Below, in pieces: positions 55,260 to 64,000 of a DNA stretch of 64,000 nucleotides. The stretch is from the human T2T-CHM13v2.0 reference genome, Homo sapiens: assembly GCF_009914755.1 (NCBI RefSeq), contig NC_060931.1; one strand, written 5' to 3'. Position numbers and translations under genes: made by a program. The notes beneath the pieces are model-generated. The model had not been told where the DNA came from. It did not search any database and saw only the letters and a program-made list of their open reading frames with translations. Position 1 is the first letter of the stretch. Every line of letters begins with the position of its first letter.

Positions 55260-55490
55260 AAAGACAATGTAGAAGGAGCAATAAATCTACAGTAAGAAAA
55301 TCTAGATATAAGTATGAGCTCAACTATTTTTGCCCCTAGGGTAAGTCAGTCATCTGTCTTCAATCTTATTTTCCTTAGTCGTCCAACAAGGTTAATAAAT
55401 CCCCTGCCTACCTCACAGGGTTATTTTGTTGTGAGAAGAAACATATATTAAAGTGATTTACAAATGTGGAAGTGTTATATAAAATAAGGG
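55260..55490 (+). mobile_element. MIR
   Basis: ctgcctacctcacagggttattttgttgtgag. Confidence 0.6.
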
Positions 55491-55574
55491 GGTTATGACA
55501 ATCTAATGATAACCAGAATTCTCTGGTTCTTCTCGGAATCAGAATGGACTCCAGGCTGGTTAAGACTTGGTCTT

Positions 55575-55936
55575 CTGCCTGCTGAACCAATGCTTGGATT
55601 TGCTAAGGGGTCCATGAACCAGAGTCAGTATCTCCTAATAACTTATTAGAATTGTAGAATCTCAGGTCCCATTAAATCAGAAACCCACTAAATCAGAAAC
55701 TGTGGGGGTGGGGCCCAGCAATCTGTTTTATTAAATAATTAATTTGTTTGTTTTTGTGGAGACTGAGTCTCAGTATTCTAACCAGGCTGGTTTTGAACTC
55801 CTAACCTCAAGCAATCCTCCCACCTCAGCCTCCCAAAATGTTGGGATTATAGGCATTAGCCACTGCGACGGACTCAACTCAAGTGTTTTACCAGTCCCTC
55901 CAGGACACTCTGACACTGCTGAGGTTTAGAACCACT
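55575..55936. mobile_element. MER5A split by a FLAM
   Basis: gaatctcaggtccc...gggggtggggcccagcaatctgtttta | accagtccctccagg...tttagaaccact. Confidence 0.75.
55731..55873 (-). mobile_element. FLAM_C (free left Alu monomer)
   Basis: Single monomer with ctcaagcaatcctcccacctcagcctccc; tgtttta duplicated on both sides. Confidence 0.85.
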
Positions 55937-57239
55937 TCCCTCAAGGGTGTGTCCCATTCATGTGGCCCCACCCCTCCAGCTGGCTCCCTGTCCAGCCAGA
56001 ATGTTGTCTTGCCCTTGTTTCCTCCAAACCCCCTTCACATCCATTGACACCTGGCTAAGTCTCACACAAGTCATCTGAGAGAGAGGAGAAACAGTACTGT
56101 TAAAAGGATGTGGGAGGTCCATGACTTGCTAAACCTCAGCCTGAGTTAACTAGCTACAGCAAGACCCACAGATCTCGCTTCCTACAACATGGGTATTTTC
56201 CCCAGACTGGGAAGTTCTTAGCCGCGAAGAGAAATCCAGCACCTGCGGAGACCACACACTGCACATTTTACAAAAGAAACCAAACTCCCACATCCTGTCC
56301 TTCTGACCCCTAGCATCTGTCAGACAAAGGTGTCTTATCTGTGGGTCAGAAAAGGCAGTCATCTAATATAAAGATCTATCTACACCTAGCTACACACACC
56401 CAGGAAAATAAGACCTCTGGATGCCACAAACAAGTGGGGCTTCCAGGCCCTTAATCAAGGAACAAATGATGCAGAACTCAAAGTAACAAACAAGCTGGAA
56501 TGTTATTTTGCCCCACGCGATCAAAGACTAGAAAAACAGGAATTACAAGTCAGAAGTATGATGCATTGGCAGGTGTGCATGAAGAAGGCCAGGCAGTCCT
56601 TTTTCTGAGCCATGTTTAGGCCAAAGTCTTTCCTTTTTGACACCCTATTATTGGTATCATTCCTTAATGACACACACACAAAACAAAATTAAAGAAGACA
56701 CTGGCCCAGAGAAAGACTGAGCTGAAAACCTAATTAGGGTGGAGTTTTACACTATGTTTGTGTATATGTATGTTTATAAGGTAAAAGAACTGCTAGTACA
56801 AACACAACGCCTCTCTAAAGAGGCTGGGCTTGTTGTGCCTCATGAGGCTGATCATTATTTCCCAGGCAAAATTCATATATAAATCACATACATACAAATT
56901 TATGTCAACAAATAATCATTTTTTTATTTACCGCCACTTTGCTTATTCCCCATTCACAGTCTTCTGGAAAATATATGAAAAACATCCCCTAAGTGACTAA
57001 TACATAAGATAAGCAATACACTGCCACACAGGCAAATTCAGCTTAAGAGACTGAATTTGCATGAGCCATCACAATGCCTGTTTGCAGACACTCTAAATCT
57101 GTATTCACAGGTCATCTACATTATCTCAAATTTTTATGGTAATTTTTCCTGTTTCCTATCATCCCTCCTTCCCACAGTGTACACACAGAAATCTTCCAAT
57201 CATACAACATTTAATTTTTGTATTTGACTACCAGTTGAA

Positions 57240-58040
57240 CTGATTAACACATATTCCCTTGCTCAAAACATTCTGTGGCTCTCCAATGGCCAGAGGATGA
57301 AGTAGCCATGCACCACCCTTGGGTTCCCATGAATTCTTACCCTACAGCTGCAAGGGATAACACTGTTTTCACCTTTGCTCATCACTCCCCTCTACCTGAA
57401 ATGTCCTTCTCTCCCATTTCTCTACCTTTTGAAATTGTACCAGGACACTTCAAGGTCCTGCTCTATTAACACCCTTCCCATGAGATCTCTCCTGGTTTAT
57501 TCTTTGACATTACACTCCCCAACTCAACGGTTATCATGGAAAAAGTACCCACCCCAGAGAATGATTGTGAGAATTAAATCAGGTGATGTTCTTTCAAAAA
57601 GTACAGAGAATAGTGTCTCACTTCCAGCAAATACTTCATTAAGAAACTACCATTATTATTATTTTATGGTCCTCCAATCTTTGTGACTAGTTACCCTTCC
57701 CCTACCTACCTCTTGGCTTACCTTCCCCAAGGTACTACAGGCTTCCCCCTTTCTCTCCTGGGACCTGCCCCAAAGGTTCTATAGGTAAAGGCCCCCTTAA
57801 CTGTCACAATTTTAACTAAACTGCTGACTCCCAGAACTGATCAACAGCTCTGCCCTCTCTCTTGCACTGTTGCTGGACATGTCTGTGCTGATACCACCCA
57901 TACACTTCAAGCTCAGCATATTCAAAACCAAAAGCACTCTCTTTCTCTAAGATCTACTCATCTTCCTATTTTCCCCAGCAGTAGTCAATGGCACCATAAA
58001 TAACACAGTCACATACGCCTGAAACTCTGCAGTTACTTTT
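57240..58040 (+). mobile_element. L2 fragments with a MIR 3' end (about 57545-57665)
   Basis: ccttgctcaaaacattctgtggctctcc; gattgtgagaattaaat; cttcaagctcagcatattcaaaacc. Confidence 0.55.
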
Positions 58041-58212
58041 TGGTTTGCTTTATATATTTACTTGGAGTAATACATTTACTTGGAATAATATTCAAAAGGT
58101 ATAATTTCAACTTCACACCTATCCTGCCTTCCGTTACCCCTTCCTAGGACAGTCTGATGTTATAGCAACCTCTTGTATAATCTTCAAAAGATATTTTATA
58201 TTTTTATATATA

Positions 58213-59675
<1,463 letters not shown>

Positions 59676-59679
59676 CCCT

Positions 59680-60770
59680 TGTGGAATCATCTTTGCCTTC
59701 TCCCTCAACCCTACTCCCAACCCCTAGTTCCTAGGGGCTATCATTCTAACTTTCCAGTATTTTGATATTATTTGTCTTTTTTCTCCTCTCACTGTGACCA
59801 TCCCAGTTCAGGTCTCATCACTTTGTGCCTATACTCCCAGCCTCTGCCCTTCTCTGTCACCACCAAAACACTTTCTGCTAAGATAGCTCTTACCGTGTCA
59901 CCTCCTTGTTCACTGTTTACAGCATAGTCTTTGGAGTTACTATGGGATTTAGGACTTATACCACTTGGGCCCTAATCTACCTCTCCATTTACTTTTCCCA
60001 TTACACAGTCCTTCTCTTCATCAAACCGGATAGTCCACCAACTCTTAAAATGTCATGCCTTGTTTCATCCTAGCTAACCTACCACTTCTGCCTAGAATGT
60101 CCCTCCTACCTTTCCCTTCGTCCCTTTCTTTTTTTTTTTTTTTTTTTTTGAGACGGTGTCTCGCTCTTGTCGTCTAGGGAGTGCAGTGGCACCATCTTGG
60201 CTGACTGCAACCTCCACCTCCCCGGTTCAAGCGATTCTTCTGCCTCAGCCTCCGAGTAGCTGAGATTACAGGTGCCCACCATCATGCCCAGCTAATTTTT
60301 GTATTTTTAGTAGAGACTTGGTTTCACCACGCGGCCAGGCTGGTCTCGAACTCCTGACCTCAGGTGATCTGCCTGCCTCAGTCTCTCAAAGTGCTGGGAT
60401 TATAGGCGTGAGCCATCGCACTCAGCCCCTTCATCCCTTTCTTTATCTCAATCCCATGTGCCCTTCAAGATGTGTCTCAAACACTCAACTTCTCTGCAAA
60501 AGCATCTCCCTCACTCCTCCTGAGCTCCTATAGCACTTTAATATCTTGTTTATATAAGTAGAGAAAAGATGGATCAATATATAGAGATATAGATACAGAT
60601 AGATAGATATAAAAAACACAATTGTAGAGAGAAGGAGGAGTGCTATAAACATATATATCCCGAACTGAAGTGAATATTCTTTGAGGTCGGGGCTGTGGCT
60701 AATTAACATTTGCCTGCTCCCTACTTCTAGGTAGCACCTTGTACATAATAAATTGTTTTTAATAAAACGA
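59680..60770 (+). mobile_element. L2 3' region split by an Alu; (AGATAT)n at about 60580-60610
   Basis: cttctgcctagaatgtccctcc resumes after the Alu; ends ...cttgtacataataaattg. Confidence 0.65.
60132..60427 (-). mobile_element. AluSx with 17-bp TSD ccttcRtccctttcttt
   Basis: TSD at 60115-60131 and 60428-60444. Confidence 0.96.
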
Positions 60771-60779
60771 AAATGTCTG

Positions 60780-60950
60780 GGGCTTAAAACGTTAGTGTGC
60801 ATCATAATCACCTGAAGGGTTAAAACCAGTTTTCTGGACTCCACCCCCAGAGTTTCCAATTCCATGGGTTTGGGCCCCACCCAAGTTCTGCTAACAAGTT
60901 CCTAGATGACACTGATACATCTCCTGGAGTCACACTTTGAAAACCACTGC
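60780..60950. mobile_element. MER5A
   Basis: gcatcataatcacctgaagg...ctaacaagttcctagatga...cacactttgaaaaccactgc. Confidence 0.8.
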
Positions 60951-61214
60951 TTCAGACCGTTCCTCAAACCTCAAAGTAAAAGCCTTTAGAAAACCGGGGC
61001 AAAATGTGTCCAAAAGTCTCATGGACAAGAAAATCCTCTCAAACTGGGTGTCACTTAGTTATGTATAGATTTCATCCTGTCTACCCTGTCCAGCTCAAAG
61101 AGGCAGTGGCCCAAGGCCCCAGAGGCAGGTACCACAGGAACTACATCCATCCTCTGATCCTCGGACTGCCAGTCCAGTGCTGTTCAGCACACAGAGGGGG
61201 TCTCTAATCAAGGG

Positions 61215-61845
61215 CTTGGCAATAGAGGCCGAAAGACCTGACTGTACCCCAGTTCTGCCACTTGCTGTGTGCGTGATCATAGGAAAACTACTTCGCCCTC
61301 TCTAAGCCTGGATAACCAGGGTTCTTTGGGTGGAAGCAACAGAAAACAATTTGGTAAATGAAGCCAAAGAAAATGTATTAGAAAACAAATCAGTTCAAGG
61401 AACTAAGAGGAGGCTGGAGAGGCAAGCCCGGGCACAGCTCCGTGGAATGGAAAGCTACACCACAACAAAGCTGTATGCACAGATGGTCTGGCCATGACAC
61501 ATCTCGCAGCAGACTCTCCATGACCCTCCCACACCCAGAGTCCAGAGAGAGGCATGTGACTGACCTGGCTCACAGGGCCACAGCTGAGGGGAATGGGGCC
61601 CCTCCTTCTGGTCCCAGCAGACTATATCCAAAGGCAAGAAGTGACTTCTCAAATGGAAATCAGGAAGGGTAAAGGGATGTTGGAAAAACCAAACAGCAAG
61701 TGACTGCTCGCTAGCCTCTGTTTTATCAGTGATAAACTGGAATGATAGTAACCACTTCCTAAGTGATAAGATCTAACTTAGCCTGGCACATGGAGAGCGC
61801 CCAACAGCTACTGGCTGCCACTGTTATCACTGTTATTCATAATTA
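61215..61845 (+). mobile_element. MIR split by an old minus-strand MLT1-like LTR (about 61315-61710)
   Basis: cccagttctgccacttgctgtgtgcgtgatc... resumes gcctctgtttt...gcctggcacatggagagcgc; insert starts cagggttctttgggtggaagcaacagaaa. Confidence 0.6.
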
Positions 61846-62379
61846 CCTCCACCTTCAAAGGAAGGATGGTTTCCCATTCCCTAATAGCTCCAACAAGCTC
61901 CGAAGGAAACCTCAGTTAATTCTATATATGCCAGGAATTTGCATGAAGCAGCCCTACACCTGAGAAAAACCCAAGTGGGCTTCCCTGTATTCTTTTAGGC
62001 TTCACATACCCCTAACCCACTTTGCCTCAGATGCCAGACAACTAAGCTACACTAGAATCTAGCCAGCAAGTTATTTTAAGCTACATGCAGGGCTATGCTG
62101 GAGGACAGGTTGCTAGATATCATTGCGTTTCTGCTATAAAGGTGTTAAAAACTCAACTTTGGATTCAACTCCCATTAGCAAATAAACAAACCTGTGTGTC
62201 GCATCAGAGAGAGAAATTCAAAACCTCAAATCAAAAGAGGAGTTAAGGCCTCCTCCCACTCAGTTCTACATGGCCTCCAGCAATGGCAGAAAGACACAAA
62301 AGGGCAGGACTCTGCTCATCTCATCCTCCTTTGAGGATTCCCCAGCCACATTCTCTTTTCTCTTCCTTCAGCAACCTGA

Positions 62380-62632
62380 ATCACAACCTACAGAAAAATG
62401 GAACCTTTCTCTCCAGGGTCCCAGTTAAAAGCCAGACTCATTCCCTTTGAGCCACATCTCCCCACTGTAATTAATGAATTCTCTGCAACTCTTTAATGTC
62501 TATATCCCCTTCTAGTCTGTAAGCTCCTTGAAGGGAGGTTCCACATCTGTTCAATTCATCGCCACATCCCCTGCACCCAGCCTGGTGTCTGGCACATGGC
62601 ATGTGCTTAATAAATATTTGTGAAACGTATGA
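62380..62632 (+). mobile_element. L2 3' end
   Basis: tagtctgtaagctccttgaagggagg...tctggcacatggcatgtgcttaataaatatttg. Confidence 0.8.
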
Positions 62633-62708
62633 GCAAAAATCTTAGCGCATGCTTTAATTCTAGGGAGGCATCTACTTCAAATTTAATAAGAGTTGCTGAG
62701 ATTAAAAA

Positions 62709-62772
62709 ATATATACATACATAAATATACACACACATATATATACATATATGTAGATTAAAATATATATAT
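62709..62772. repeat. (TA)/(CA) low-complexity tract
   Basis: Directly visible. Confidence 0.8.
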
Positions 62773-64000
62773 TAGCTTTAGCTTCTAAACATTTCAGATG
62801 ACTGTCCACCACAAATTACTTGGGGAGGGAGAAATATTTGTTTTATAAGATGTAAACTATAATTTTAAAGTTCTTGTAACTATTACAATATTTGATATCA
62901 AGACAGGAAACCAGTGTGGGAATCTTTACAAGTACTACATTTTAATACATATTTGGAGAAATGTTACATTGAGGAAAGTATCTGACCCACACAATACTAA
63001 AAATAAAGATTTTAGTATTTTAACTGTAGAGGGTAAACAAAATAGCAAACTTTAGTTATAGTAACTGTCAGAGATCCTCTGCCAATCCCACACTGGATTG
63101 CTCATTGCAATTTGATTCTGCTCTGCTTTACATTTAAGCTATTTTTTTAACTCAGATCTACTCTCACACAATCTCAGAAATCACAGATGAAAATTCCACT
63201 AAGATTGTTCATCCAGCCCACACCCACTCAGAGAACTGGGCTGATTACCTCAGATATTTTTTTCATAAGTAAACACAGACATATAGACAGCAACATAATT
63301 TTCATCTAAAGAAACTTTTATGAAAGAAATTTGCTTCTTGGCTTTAAACCCACACAATATTATTATTATTCCCTAAGAATCATATTCCACTCATACTCAA
63401 GGGGTCTTGGAGCATCTAGAAACAACCATATTCTGGCTCTCAAACAACAGACTTAGGTAGAGGCAGTTATAAACCAAGTCCAGAGAAAATTCAATTTCAG
63501 GGGTACAAACAATGTGGCTAAGAACAAGGAAATTACCAGTGAGTCTTCTGTATTTTTCCAAGATGAAGGAAATATATCACCAACTTCAAAACAAAATCAT
63601 TTAGATTAATAACTAAAGAAGCAATTCTTCACACTGCTATTCCATTTATTATTATAAAAGAATTTTTAAATGTTCACATAGCTTAAATAAGCCCAGGAAT
63701 GATATTGGAAGGCTACAGCCTGCCTGCACAAGCTTCTGCAAAGAAGCATCTTTGAAAAAAATCAATATTTCCCAATCCTTTCATACCAGAGGAATCCTTT
63801 ATAAAAAATATTATACTCCAGACTTTAAAAAAGATGACTTTGATATTTCTAAACTTTTTATGATGAAAAATTTCAAACAGGTACAAAAGTATAGCACTGC
63901 ACTGCCCAGCTGAAATGTAATAGGAGCCATAGATGTAATTTTAATTTCTTAAGTAGACAAAGAGTAAAAGAAAACAAGTTAGTTTTAATTACACAGTATT

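Overview
This is primate (human-like) genomic DNA: AT-rich, CpG-depleted, and dense in Alu, L1, L2, L3/CR1, MIR, MaLR/ERVL LTR and DNA-transposon relics. I recognise no protein-coding exon, RNA gene, CpG island or CRISPR array. The supplied ORFs are Alu- or low-complexity-derived, or look like chance ORFs. The window looks like part of a very long intron. The host gene is probably on the minus strand, inferred from the A-rich plus strand and from 9 of 13 LTRs lying on plus; I could not identify the gene. Three structures are not explained by repeat annotation. (1) A 75-nt, 36-bp hairpin at 4290-4364, where three of four mismatches become G-U pairs on the minus strand (pre-miRNA-like, built from a MER3 end). 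(2) A perfect 61-bp inverted repeat (20132-20192 / 20629-20689) in non-repeat DNA, overlapping the pyrimidine tract of a minus-strand AG|GTAAGA recursive-splice-type site. (3) Three to four back-to-back stem-loops at 51158-51308. Repeat subfamily names come from memory of consensus sequences, and boundaries of old elements are approximate.
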